From NCBI GenBank assembly GCA_963708025.1, contig CAVPSB010000032.1, positions 288,001-352,000 on the forward strand: a stretch of DNA of 64,000 nt, in the 5' to 3' direction. Position 1 is the stretch's first letter; each line of letters starts with the position of its first letter. The notes beneath the pieces were generated by a model that saw nothing but the letters and a program-made list of their open reading frames with translations, was not told the DNA's origin and made no database searches. The translations under genes and the position numbers were made by a program. Source of the DNA: an uncultured Candidatus Rokubacteria bacterium. GTDB lineage: Bacteria > Methylomirabilota > Methylomirabilia > Rokubacteriales > DASRDR01. Of this stretch, positions 11,195 to 20,435 are shown piece by piece.

Positions 11195-11748
11195 TCGCTG
11201 GCGTCCGTCCCCGTGGTGGGGCGCGGCTCCCCGGCCCGGGCCCGGTCGGCTCCCCTCGGCGCCGGCGCCTGCATCGCGCGCAGGCGGGTGCCGGTCGCCC
11301 AGGACGGCGCGAACTGCTGGCCCAGCGTGTGCAGCCGGTCCTTGTCGAGCAGCAGCGTCCGGCGGTCGTCGGTGGCCAGGTCGAAGGTCTTGAGCATGAT
11401 GATCGCGTCGGTCGGGCAGACCTGGACGCACAGCTCGCAGAACTCGCAGGCGTAGAGCTCCAGGAAGAAGATCTTGGCGAAGTTCCGCTTCTCGCCCTTC
11501 AGCATCTCGACCTTGATGACCTGGGGCGGGCAGATGTACTCGCAGAGCCGGCAGCCGATGCAGTTCTCCTCGCCCGTCTCCGGATCGTAGGTGAGAGCCA
11601 GCAGCCCCCGGAAGCGCTCCGGGTACGGCCGGGTCACCTCCGGGTAGTGGACGGTGACCGGCTTGCGGAAAAGGTTCCGGAGCGTCACCCCCATCGCGGT
11701 GCCGCCGGCCCGGATCATCCGGAGCGTGGTCCGGAGCGTCTCAGCCAC
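11191..11748 (-). CDS. nuoI: NADH-quinone oxidoreductase subunit I (2x[4Fe-4S])
   Basis: VTVHYPE..RFRG; CIGCRLCEYICP and CEFCELCVQVCP ferredoxin motifs. Confidence 0.93.
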   Translation of the reverse strand: MAETLRTTLRMIRAGGTAMGVTLRNLFRKPVTVHYPEVTRPYPERFRGLLALTYDPETGEENCIGCRLCEYICPPQVIKVEMLKGEKRNFAKIFFLELYACEFCELCVQVCPTDAIIMLKTFDLATDDRRTLLLDKDRLHTLGQQFAPSWATGTRLRAMQAPAPRGADRARAGEPRPTTGTDASE

Positions 11749-12730
11749 CGCCGCCGCCTTGCAGCACCACCACGACCGCCGCCGCCAGCAGGAGGGCCAG
11801 CGAGGCGGGCAGGAACACCTTCCAGGAGAGCGCCAGGATCTGGTCGACCCGGATCCGGATGAACGACCAGCGGATCCAGACGACCAGGAGGAAGAGCATC
11901 ACCGCCTTCAGGATGAACCAGACGGGCCCGAGCCCGGCCGGCCCCGGGCCGAGCCAGCCGCCCAGGAACAGGAGCGTCCCCAGGCACGCCACCCCGAAGA
12001 GATGGGTGAACTCGGCGAGCTGGATCAGGGCGAACTTCATGCCCGAGTACTCGACACGGAAGCCGGCGACCAGCTCCGACTCCGCCTCGACGATGTCGAA
12101 GGGGATCCGGTTCTCGGAGGCGAGCGACGCGACGAGGAACGCCGCGAACGCGAGCTGGCCGAGCACGGGGTAGGTGACGAACCACCACGGATCCTGGGCG
12201 GCGACCAGGTCGCTGAGCCGCAGCGACCCCGCCAGCACGACGGGCACCAGCGCGATCAGGATGAACGGCACCTCGTACGCGATGATCTGGTTCACGGCCC
12301 GCATGGCGGAGAGGAGCGCGTACTTGTTGTTGGACCCCCAGCCGCACATGAACAGCCCGACGACCTCGAGGGAGGACACCGCCAGGACGAACAGGAGCCC
12401 GATCTGGAGGTCGGCCAGCGCCAGCCGCGGCGCGAACGGGATCGCGGCGTACATCAGGAAGGCAGGGATCAGGAAGACGATCGGCGCCAGGTTGTAAACC
12501 GGCCGGTCGGCGACGGTCGGGACGATGTCTTCCTTCAAGAGGAGCTTGAGCGCGTCGGCGATCGGCTGGAGCCAGCCGTGCGGCCGCCCGACCCGGTAGG
12601 GTCCCACCCGCGACTGGAGCCGGGCCGCGAACTTCCGCTCGAGCAGCGTCAGGTACGCGATGAACACGAGCACGCCGTTCAGCAAAATGAACGGCGGAAG
12701 CACGATCCCCACCACGTCGGCCACGCTCAT
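11741..12730 (-). CDS. nuoH: NADH-quinone oxidoreductase subunit H
   Basis: LERKFAARLQSRVGP, GWLQPIADALKLLLKED, NRIPFDIVEAESELVAGFRVEYSG; ATG at 12730. Confidence 0.95.
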   Translation of the reverse strand: MSVADVVGIVLPPFILLNGVLVFIAYLTLLERKFAARLQSRVGPYRVGRPHGWLQPIADALKLLLKEDIVPTVADRPVYNLAPIVFLIPAFLMYAAIPFAPRLALADLQIGLLFVLAVSSLEVVGLFMCGWGSNNKYALLSAMRAVNQIIAYEVPFILIALVPVVLAGSLRLSDLVAAQDPWWFVTYPVLGQLAFAAFLVASLASENRIPFDIVEAESELVAGFRVEYSGMKFALIQLAEFTHLFGVACLGTLLFLGGWLGPGPAGLGPVWFILKAVMLFLLVVWIRWSFIRIRVDQILALSWKVFLPASLALLLAAAVVVVLQGGGGG

Positions 12731-12998
12731 CCCGCGACCCCTGAGCCGGGCCGAGAACCGAGCCCGCTCATCCCGCGACCCCCGAGCCGGGCCGAGAACG
12801 GAGCAGCGCCCAAGGGAAGGCGTCCGACGGACGCAGGGAGTCGCCGACCGCAGGCGTACTCCGAGTACGCCGAGGATCGGCGACGACCGAGGACGACCAT
12901 AGGCCGGGACGGACGCCCCAGGCCGAAGGCCGTCCGATCGACGCAGGCCGAGCGCGTCACGGCCGAGATAGAGATCGCGAAGGTTCTCGGCCCGGCTC
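12725..12998. repeat. Repeat family A copy 2 with 16-bp terminal inverted repeats, plus a ~41-bp tandem duplication of the nuoH start region
   Basis: GAGCCGGGCCGAGAAC (~12784) / GTTCTCGGCCCGGCTC (~12983); GCTCATCCCGCGACCCC.GAGCCGGGCCGAGAAC at 12725 and 12766. Confidence 0.85.
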
Positions 12999-13008
12999 GG
13001 CCCGGCTC

Positions 13009-14166
13009 TCACCGGTCGACCTCGCCGAAGACTGGATCGATCGACCCCAGGATCGCGACGGCATCGGCGATCTTGTGGCCGGGAAGGATGTGGCCGGCGA
13101 CCGCCAGGTTCGAGAAGGACGCGCCCCGCCACTTCATCCGGTAGGGCTTCGTCGCGCCGTCCGACACCAGGTAGATCCCGACCTCGCCCCGCGGCCCCTC
13201 CACCCGGGCATAGGCCTCGCCCTTCGGCAGCTTCACCTGCGCCACCGACTTGACGCCGGGGCGCGAGGAGATAGGGCCGGCGGGCAGGCCGTCCAGCCCC
13301 TGCCGGACGATCCGGATCGACTCCCGGAACTCGCGCATCCGCACCCGGTAGCGGGCGAAGCAGTCGCCCTCGACCTCCACCGGGACGTCGAACTGGAAGT
13401 CCTCGTAGGAGGAGTACGGCTCGGCCCGGCGGATGTCGTGGGAGATCCCCGAGCCGCGGAGGAGCGGTCCCGAGATGCCGAGCTCCTGGGCCAGCTCCCG
13501 CGTGATGACGCCGACCCCCTGGCTGCGGACCAGGAAGATGGTGTTCCCCTCCAGCATGGCCTCGTACTCGACGAGTCGCTCCTCGATGTGGGCGAGCGTC
13601 CGCCGGCACTGCTCGGCCCATCCCTCCGGCAGGTCGTACCGCGTCCCGCCCACCTGGTGGAACCCGTAGAGGAGCCGGGCTCCGGTGAGCGCCTCGAAGA
13701 GGTCGAGGATCATCTCCCGCTCGCGGAAGCAGTAGAGGAACATGGTCGCCCCGCCCCCGAGGGCGCCGCCCATGTCCATGCACCACGTCCCCAGCCACAG
13801 GCAGTGGGAGGCGATCCGCTGCAGCTCGGCCACCAGGACCCGGAGATGCTGCGCGCGCTTCGGCACCTCGATCTGGCCGAGCTGCTCGGCGGCCCGGACG
13901 TAGGTCAGCTCGGCGGTCATCGCGGCGACGTAGTCGGTCTTCGAGGCGATCGAGGGGTACTGGACGTAGGTCAGCGTCTCGCCCAGCTTCTCGTGGCAGC
14001 GATGGAGGTAGCCGATCACCGGGTCCACCGCCACGATCGTCTCGCCCTCCAGCGTGAGGATCATCCGGAAGACGCCGTGGGCGGACGGGTGCTGCGGCCC
14101 CATGTTCATCACGAGGCGCTCGTTGCCGCCGTAGCCGTACTCGATGACCGTTCGCCCCTCGGCCAT
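13009..14166 (-). CDS. nuoD: NADH-quinone oxidoreductase subunit D
   Basis: NMGPQHPSAHGV, GYLHR, ELQRIASH, EGPRGE, C-terminal DPVFGEVDR; no NiFe cysteine motifs. Confidence 0.95.
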   Translation of the reverse strand: MAEGRTVIEYGYGGNERLVMNMGPQHPSAHGVFRMILTLEGETIVAVDPVIGYLHRCHEKLGETLTYVQYPSIASKTDYVAAMTAELTYVRAAEQLGQIEVPKRAQHLRVLVAELQRIASHCLWLGTWCMDMGGALGGGATMFLYCFREREMILDLFEALTGARLLYGFHQVGGTRYDLPEGWAEQCRRTLAHIEERLVEYEAMLEGNTIFLVRSQGVGVITRELAQELGISGPLLRGSGISHDIRRAEPYSSYEDFQFDVPVEVEGDCFARYRVRMREFRESIRIVRQGLDGLPAGPISSRPGVKSVAQVKLPKGEAYARVEGPRGEVGIYLVSDGATKPYRMKWRGASFSNLAVAGHILPGHKIADAVAILGSIDPVFGEVDR

Positions 14167-14331
14167 GGGTTAATCGGGCCGGGGGGGAGCTGCGCGCTCC
14201 ATCCGGATCGCCGCGGCGCCACGGGCCTGCGGCCCTCGGGACGCCGCGTCCCTCTGGTGGCCCGGACCCCCCCTCCGGGTTTCCCACCGTTCAGACGTCC
14301 TCGGAGATTCCTTCACCGCTTTCATCACTTC
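14167..14331. repeat. Intergenic repeat family B, copy 2
   Basis: About 110 bp nearly identical to 14987-15097; shares both ends with the copy at 10140. Confidence 0.85.
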
Positions 14332-14970
14332 TCAGTGGAGTGGGGAGAAGAAGGTCGGGATCAGGAGCTTCGACTCCTGCGCCTGCATCAGGGGATGGAA
14401 CTTCGCCCGCACCTCCTGCCAGGCGGCGTCGCTGGCCAGCCCCTTCCAGACCTCCGCCCGGTGCTGCCAGTCGCGATAGGGCCAGAAGTGGACCACCGTG
14501 TTGAGCGGGCCCACCTCGGTCTGCCAGAAGCCGACCGGCGACGAGTGCTTCTCGCGGATCGGCAGGGCCGCCTGGACCGCGCGGGCCCACTCCGCCATCG
14601 TACCGGGCCGGAGCCGGTAGATCCGGAGCTCGTACACGCCCATGCCCGTCGCCGGCCGGACGGGGTACCAGTCGAACGGCGTGAGCAGCATGTTCTCCTG
14701 GCGGGTGAGCAACGGCGCGCTGCGGGGGACGTACTCGGTCATCCAGCGCTGGTCCTTCGCCAGCCCTGCCCGCGCCTCGGCCCGGGCGGCGACGTCGGCG
14801 AACTCCCAGAGGTGGAGCGCCTGGTTCAGCGGGCCGTGCTCGGTGGTCCAGTAGCCGAGGAGCTTGCCGAAGCGGTCGCCCCGGATCGGCCGGCTGACGT
14901 TCCCGGCCAGCTCCACGAACTCGGCGAGCTTGCCCGGCTGGACCTCGTAGGTGCGCAGTTCGTGGATCAT
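14332..14970 (-). CDS. NIPSNAP family protein (two NIPSNAP domains)
   Basis: Duplicated (I/V)(H/Y)ELR.Y...PG...G.W.TE.GPLN...H.W pattern; SD GGAGGA upstream. Confidence 0.9.
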   Translation of the reverse strand: MIHELRTYEVQPGKLAEFVELAGNVSRPIRGDRFGKLLGYWTTEHGPLNQALHLWEFADVAARAEARAGLAKDQRWMTEYVPRSAPLLTRQENMLLTPFDWYPVRPATGMGVYELRIYRLRPGTMAEWARAVQAALPIREKHSSPVGFWQTEVGPLNTVVHFWPYRDWQHRAEVWKGLASDAAWQEVRAKFHPLMQAQESKLLIPTFFSPLH

Positions 14971-14984
14971 CCTGTCCTCCGGAC

Positions 14985-15142
14985 TCGGTTATTCGGGCCG
15001 GGGGGGAGCTACGCGCTCCATCCGGATCGCCGCAGCGCCTCGGGCCTGCGGCCCTCGGGACGCCGCGTCCCTCCGGTGGCCCCGGACCCCCCCTCCGAGT
15101 TTCTCGTCGCTCAAATGTCTCGGGCGATGATCTCATCGCCTC
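14985..15142. repeat. Intergenic repeat family B, copy 3
   Basis: Direct repeat of 14167-14280. Confidence 0.85.
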
Positions 15143-15613
15143 TCATCGGTACGGCGGATGGGCCGTGTTGACGGCATAGTCCTTGCGGAGCGGGTGACCC
15201 TCCCAGTCCTCGGGGAGGAGGATGCGCCGCAGATCCGGGTGCCCGTCGAACCGGATCCCGAACAGGTCGTAGCACTCGCGCTCCATCCACAGGGCGCCCC
15301 GAAAGAGCCCGGTCAAGCTCGGGCACGACGCCTCCCGGCCGATGCGCGTCTTGAAGGTCAGGCCCAGCCCGCTCTCGAGATTCTCCAGCCGGCAGACGAC
15401 GTCGAACCCGTCCGCCTTCCAGTCCACCGCGGTGAGGTGGCAGAAGTACCGGCAGCCGAGCCTGTCCCGAGCGAACCCCGCCGCCTCGGTCCAGCGCTCG
15501 ACGGGGACGGAGACGACGAGGTGCCGGGCGTCGAGCGGCCGCTTCGGGTCCTCTCCCGCCGCCTCGACCCCCAGGTGCTCGCGAATCGCGGCGAGGGCGG
15601 CTTCGAGGGTCAC
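15143..15613 (-). CDS. nuoC: NADH-quinone oxidoreductase subunit C
   Basis: LTAVDW, ERECYDLFGIRFDGHPDLRRILLPEDWEGHPLRKDY; GTG at 15613. Confidence 0.93.
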   Translation of the reverse strand: MTLEAALAAIREHLGVEAAGEDPKRPLDARHLVVSVPVERWTEAAGFARDRLGCRYFCHLTAVDWKADGFDVVCRLENLESGLGLTFKTRIGREASCPSLTGLFRGALWMERECYDLFGIRFDGHPDLRRILLPEDWEGHPLRKDYAVNTAHPPYR

Positions 15614-15621
15614 CGAGCCTG

Positions 15622-16263
15622 TCAATCGGGGGTCGGCGCGGCTGCGGGCCGCCGGCCCGTCTTCTGGAACTCCGCCACCTTCTCCTGGAGCTTCAGGATG
15701 CCGAACATCAGCGATTCCGGGGTCGGCGGGCAGCCGGGCACGTAGACGTTGACGGGGACCACCCGGTCCACGCCCTTGACCACGTGGTAGCCGTGGCGGA
15801 ACGGGCCGCCGGAATTCGCGCAGGAGCCCATCGAGATGCACCACTTGGGGTCCGCCATCTGCTCGTAGATCCGCTTGAGCATCGGCGCCATCTTGATGGT
15901 GACGGTGCCGGACACGATCATCAGGTCCGCGTGTCGGGGCGAGGCCCACGGCACCATGCCGAAGCGCTCGACGTCGAAGCGGGAGGCGAACGTCGCCATC
16001 ATCTCGATCGCGCAGCAGGCGAGTCCGAACGTCACCGGCCACATCGACGACTTCCGGGCCCAGTTGAAGATCTTCTCGGTGGAGGCGACCATGAGCCAGC
16101 CGCCCGGGAAATGCTCCAGCCGGTCGGCCAGGCTCGAGAAAGTCTCCGAGATCTGGTCCCCGTCGACGCGCTCCTGACGGTACTTCACCCACTGCTGGAG
16201 GTCCTTGAACTCCTCCCACTCGACCGGCGGGATGGCGTACGGTGTCGGGGGAGGCGCTTTCAT
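15622..16263 (-). CDS. nuoB: NADH-quinone oxidoreductase subunit B
   Basis: [36 protein letters not shown] at 16263 overlaps nuoA stop (ATGA). Confidence 0.96.
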   Translation of the reverse strand: MKAPPPTPYAIPPVEWEEFKDLQQWVKYRQERVDGDQISETFSSLADRLEHFPGGWLMVASTEKIFNWARKSSMWPVTFGLACCAIEMMATFASRFDVERFGMVPWASPRHADLMIVSGTVTIKMAPMLKRIYEQMADPKWCISMGSCANSGGPFRHGYHVVKGVDRVVPVNVYVPGCPPTPESLMFGILKLQEKVAEFQKTGRRPAAAPTPD

Positions 16264-16625
16264 CTCCACGCCAGCACCCCCTCCCGGTACGCGTACAGCC
16301 AGCCGAGCAGCAGGATGCCCAGGAACACCAGCATGGGGGCGAGGGCGGCCCAGCCGAGCGCGCGCAGGACCAGGGCCCACGGGAAGAGGAAGACCGCCAG
16401 CGCGTCGAAGACGATGAAGAGCAGCGCCACCAGGTAGAAGCCCACCGGGAACTGGATCCAGGCCGAGCCGATCGGTTCCGGCCCGCACTCGTAGCTGTCG
16501 AGCTTGACTGGATTCGGCCGAGCCGGCCGGACGATGCGGGCCACGGTCAGGCTCACGACGGAGAACGCGACGATCATGGCGAGGAACACGAGGACCGGCA
16601 GGTATTCGGTCACGGCGGGCCTCAT
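16260..16625 (-). CDS. nuoA: NADH-quinone oxidoreductase subunit A (true start possibly GTG at 16613)
   Basis: [27 protein letters not shown]. Confidence 0.94.
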   Translation of the reverse strand: MRPAVTEYLPVLVFLAMIVAFSVVSLTVARIVRPARPNPVKLDSYECGPEPIGSAWIQFPVGFYLVALLFIVFDALAVFLFPWALVLRALGWAALAPMLVFLGILLLGWLYAYREGVLAWR

Positions 16626-16632
16626 TATACCA
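16624..16632 (-). promoter_or_regulatory. Extended -10 promoter TGGTATAAT for the nuo operon
   Basis: Perfect TGnTATAAT on the minus strand in otherwise very GC-rich DNA, directly at the 5' end of nuoA. Confidence 0.65.
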
Positions 16633-16792
16633 ATACCCGCCCGCGGCGCGGCTCAGGGATCGGCCCCGTCCCTGGCCTGGCGTCCAGCGCGACGATATAA
16701 TGCCCCGCGGGAACCTTTCGCGAGATCGGTCGGTTGACCGTAACGTGAGAGACCCATCGAGGGCCCAAACCTCGCACACAGGAGGCCGATCC

Positions 16793-17086
16793 ATGCGAAT
16801 CCTCGTGCTGACCGTCGTGGCGCTGGTGGCGGTAGGGCTGGTGGCCGGGCAGGCGTTCGCGTTCAGCTGCCCGACGCTTCAGAAGGCCGCCGGCGAATCG
16901 ATCACCAAGGCCGAGGCGAACGCCGCCAAGGCGTCGGGCGACCGGGAAAAGGCCCGGGCGACCGCGATGGTGGAGGAAGCCAAGGAGCTGAACAAGCAGT
17001 CCGACGCGGACCACAAGGCGGGCAACCACGCCAAGTCCGAGGCGAAGGCGAAGGCGGCCAAGGCCCTCGCCGACATGGTTCAGTAG
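16793..17086 (+). CDS. Small secreted helical protein of unknown function (CP and HxxGxH motifs)
   Basis: SD AGGAGG, signal peptide ending AFA, Ala/Lys/Glu-rich helices; TATAAT at 16696-16701 upstream. Confidence 0.8.
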   Translation: MRILVLTVVALVAVGLVAGQAFAFSCPTLQKAAGESITKAEANAAKASGDREKARATAMVEEAKELNKQSDADHKAGNHAKSEAKAKAAKALADMVQ

Positions 17087-17099
17087 CGCCCCGGCCGGC

Positions 17100-20000
17100 T
17101 CACCGCAGACCGCCCCTGCCCCCGCGGGGGCGGTCGCGGACATACCGCTCGACCAGCCCGCCCACCTCCCGCAAGAGCTCGTCGCGGCCGTAGGCGCCCT
17201 TCTCGATGATCTGCTCCACCACCCCCGTCAGGCGCCTCCGGTCCTCCGGGCTCAGCTCCTTCGCCGTCACCACCACGACGGGGATGCCCCGCCACTCGGG
17301 GCGCGCCCGGAGCGCTTCGATGAACTCGAAGCCGTCCATCTCCGGCATCATGAGGTCGAGCAGGATCAGGTCGGGCGGGCGCTCGGCCACGCGGTCCAGC
17401 GCCAGCCGGCCGTCCGGCGCCTCGGAGACCTGCCAGCCCTCACGCTCCAGGAGCCGCCGTGCGAGGTCGCGGGCGGCCGGGTCGTCGTCCACTACAAGGA
17501 CCGTGGGCAGGACCGTGGGCGCGGCCGACCCCGGGCGGTGACCCTGGAGGACGGCCAGCAGTCGGTCCCGGTCGACGGGCTTCGTCAGGTAGTCGGTCGC
17601 GCCGAGCGCGTAGCCGTGCGCCCGGTCGTCGACGATCGTCAGCATCACGACGGGGATCTCCGCCAGCTGGGGATCCGCCTTCAGCGCGCCGAGCACCATC
17701 CAGCCGTCGAGCCCCGGCATCATGACGTCGAGGGTGATCGCCGCCGGCCGCTCCTGGCGCGCGAGCCGGAGGCCCTCCTCCCCGCTCGCCGCCACCACGA
17801 CCCGCAGGCCCTCCCTGGCCAGGAAGCGCCGCAGCAGGTCGTGCACGGTCGGGTCGTCGTCGATGACCAGCACGGTGCTCGCCGGCCTCCCCGGCGGCCG
17901 GCGACGCCGCGGCCGCCGCCGCGGGCTTGCCGGGGCCTCGGCCGGGCGCGGGCGGCCGGCTCGGCCTCGGCGGCGGGGACCTCGGCCGGGAGCCGGATCG
18001 TGAACGTCGAGCCCCGGCCGGGCTCGCTCACCACGCTCACGTCGCCGCCCATCATCTGGCAGAAGCGCCGGCTGAGCGCGAGCCCGAGCCCGGTCCCGCC
18101 GTACCGGCGCGCGGTGGACGCCTCCGCCTGGGAGAACGGCTGGAAGAGCTTCCCCATCTGCTCCGGCGTCATCCCGATCCCGGTGTCGCTCACGTCGAAG
18201 ACGACCCACGCCCGGCCGCCGGACTCCTCCCGCACCACCCGGAGCCCGATGACCCCGCGCTCCGTGAACTTGCTCGCGTTGCTGATCAGGTTGAACAGGG
18301 CTTGCCGGACCTTGGTGAGATCCGCCCGCATGCCGCCCACCGACGCCGGGCAGTCGACCTCCAGCCGGTTCGCCTTCTTCGCGACGAGCGGCCGCGCGAT
18401 GTTGACGACGTCGCCGACCAGGTGAGCCAGGTCGAAGCTCTCGAGGTAGAGCTCCATCCGCCCGGCCTCGATCTTGGACAGGTCGAGCACGTCGTTGATC
18501 AGCGCCAGCAGGTGCTTGCCGGCGCCGTTCATCTTCTGGAGGTCGGCCACGAAGTCGCCGCGGCCGATCTCCTCCGCCTCCTCCTGGAGCATCTCGCTGT
18601 AGCCGATGATGGCGTTGAGCGGCGTCCGCAGCTCGTGGCTCATGTTGGCGAGGAACGCGCTCTTCGCCCGGTTCGCCGACTCGGCCGCCTCCTTGGCCCG
18701 CCGCAGCTCCTCGGCCGCCCGCTTCCGCTCGGTGATGTCGCGGACGATGTTCTGGATCGCCGGCTGCCCCAGAAAGGTCACCGGGACGGCGGCGATCTCG
18801 ACGTCCACGACCCGGCCGTCGAGCCGGACGAGCCGCTGCTCGACCAAGTCGGTCCGCTGCCCGGCTTCGGCCAGCGAGAGCCGGGCCTCGATCGCCGCGC
18901 GCTCCTCCGGGTGGACGAAGTCGAGGATCGAGCGGCCGGTCAGCTCGGCCGGGTCCGCCGCCCCGAACAGCCGGGCTCCGGCCGAGTTGACGAACATCAG
19001 CCGACCCTCGCGGTGGACCGCGATCGTGTCGGGTGACAGCTCCACCAGGCGGCGGTACCGCTCGTCGCTCTCCCGCTGCTCGCGGCGCGCGCGGTCGAGC
19101 GCGGCCAGCATGCCGTTGATGTCGCCGGCCAGCCGCGCCAGCTCGTCCGACCCGCTCAGGGCGAGGCGATCGGACAGGTCCCCCGTGGCGGCGATCCGCC
19201 CGACTTCCGTCCCGAGGGCGGCCAGGCGGGCCAGGACCAGCCGCTCCACCAGGCCGAGGGCGACCGCCCCGAACACCAGCCCCACCAGGGCGAGGGCGAT
19301 CAAGAGGTAGCGCAGCCCGGCCCGCCCCCGCTCGTAGGTCATGCGGGGCGTCGTCAGCCGCAGGAGGAGCGCCGGACGGCCGTCCAGGTCGGCGAGGAGG
19401 AGGTAGCCGGCGATCGTCTCCTCGCTCAGGACCCGGACCCGGATGTCCCGGCCCGGCGACATGGCGGCGGCGGCGTCCCGGACGTCCGCCGGGGCGGCCG
19501 GGTCAGCGGGCCGGTACCCGGTGAGCGCCAGCCGCGTGCGCCTCCCGATCGCCTCGATGCCGGAGTCGTCGAGCCAACGGCCGGTGATCAGCGTGCCTCG
19601 GCTCGGCCCCGACTTGTCGGTCCGGAGGATCGGGCGCGACGCGACGAGCAGGAACCCGTCCGGGAGCGACAGGATCCCGGTCGCGCCGACCCCGTGGTCC
19701 GGCGGGCCGAGGAGGGGGCGCCCGGGCTCCAGGTGGGGGAGCACGCCGGAAGGCGGCGGCGTCGGCCGGCCGGCCGCCAGGTCGAAGCCCTCGGCGAAGA
19801 CGATCCGGCCGGAGGCGTGCACGTACGCGATGAGGTTGAGCCCGAGTGACCTGATGCTGGTGTCCTGCAGGTTCGCCTTCACGTAGTCCGGGCTGCCCGT
19901 CTCCATGAAGGCGTAGGTGTCGTCCCACTCGGCCCAGTCGCGGACGGTGTAGGCCAGCTTGTTCAGCTCGTCCGCAAACGCCTCGCCGACCCGCTTGACG

Positions 20001-20134
20001 TGCTCCTGGGTGCGCTGCTCCGCCAGCTCGGCGATGCCCCTCAGGACGACGCGGGAGGTCACCGCGTAGACGACCACCATCAGGGCGACGAGGGTCAACC
20101 CGACGACGAGGAGGGTCTTCTTCCGGAGGCTCAT
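17100..20134 (-). pseudogene. Hybrid sensor histidine kinase CHASE4-HAMP-PAS-HisKA-HATPase-REC-REC, frameshifted in the linker near 17880-17960
   Basis: DWAEWDDTY (CHASE4), [14 protein letters not shown] and N/G boxes in ORF 17720-20134; two receiver domains (VLVIDDD..LDVMMP, VLVVDDD..LDLMMP) in the different-frame ORF ending at 17100. Confidence 0.8.
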
Positions 20135-20435
20135 GGAGTGCCCGCCCGACGGCTCCCGCGGGCGGCATTATCGCATGCACCGCGGGCGGATCGGGAGCGA
20201 CACGGCGAACGGCCGCCGCTGCGACCGGCCAGCGGGCTTGACACCCCGTCGTCGCCGATGCTCTATTGCTCGTACGCTCCCGAGCCCTGTTGAATGGACC
20301 TCCCGATGTGCGACGTCGTCCGTATCGAGGACCGGGCGCTATCCGCCCGCCGGTGGCGCCCGATGATGTCGGGCCCGATCGAGCACGCCCTTCCGGAGAT
20401 CCTCGCCGGCCACGAGACGATGGTCCCGACGCCGG

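Noticed and set aside
13009-14166. Group 4 [NiFe]-hydrogenase large subunit
   Set aside because: No RxCxxC or DPCxxC motifs; C-terminus is DPVFGEVDR as in NuoD
14167-14334. Selenocysteine or readthrough fusion of NIPSNAP to NuoD
   Set aside because: The frames align, but both a TGA and a TAA intervene, and both proteins are complete on their own
10140-15142. Integron attC sites / gene cassette array
   Set aside because: The repeats lack RYYYAAC...GTTRRRY ends in the coding orientation, they flank core nuo genes, and no intI is present
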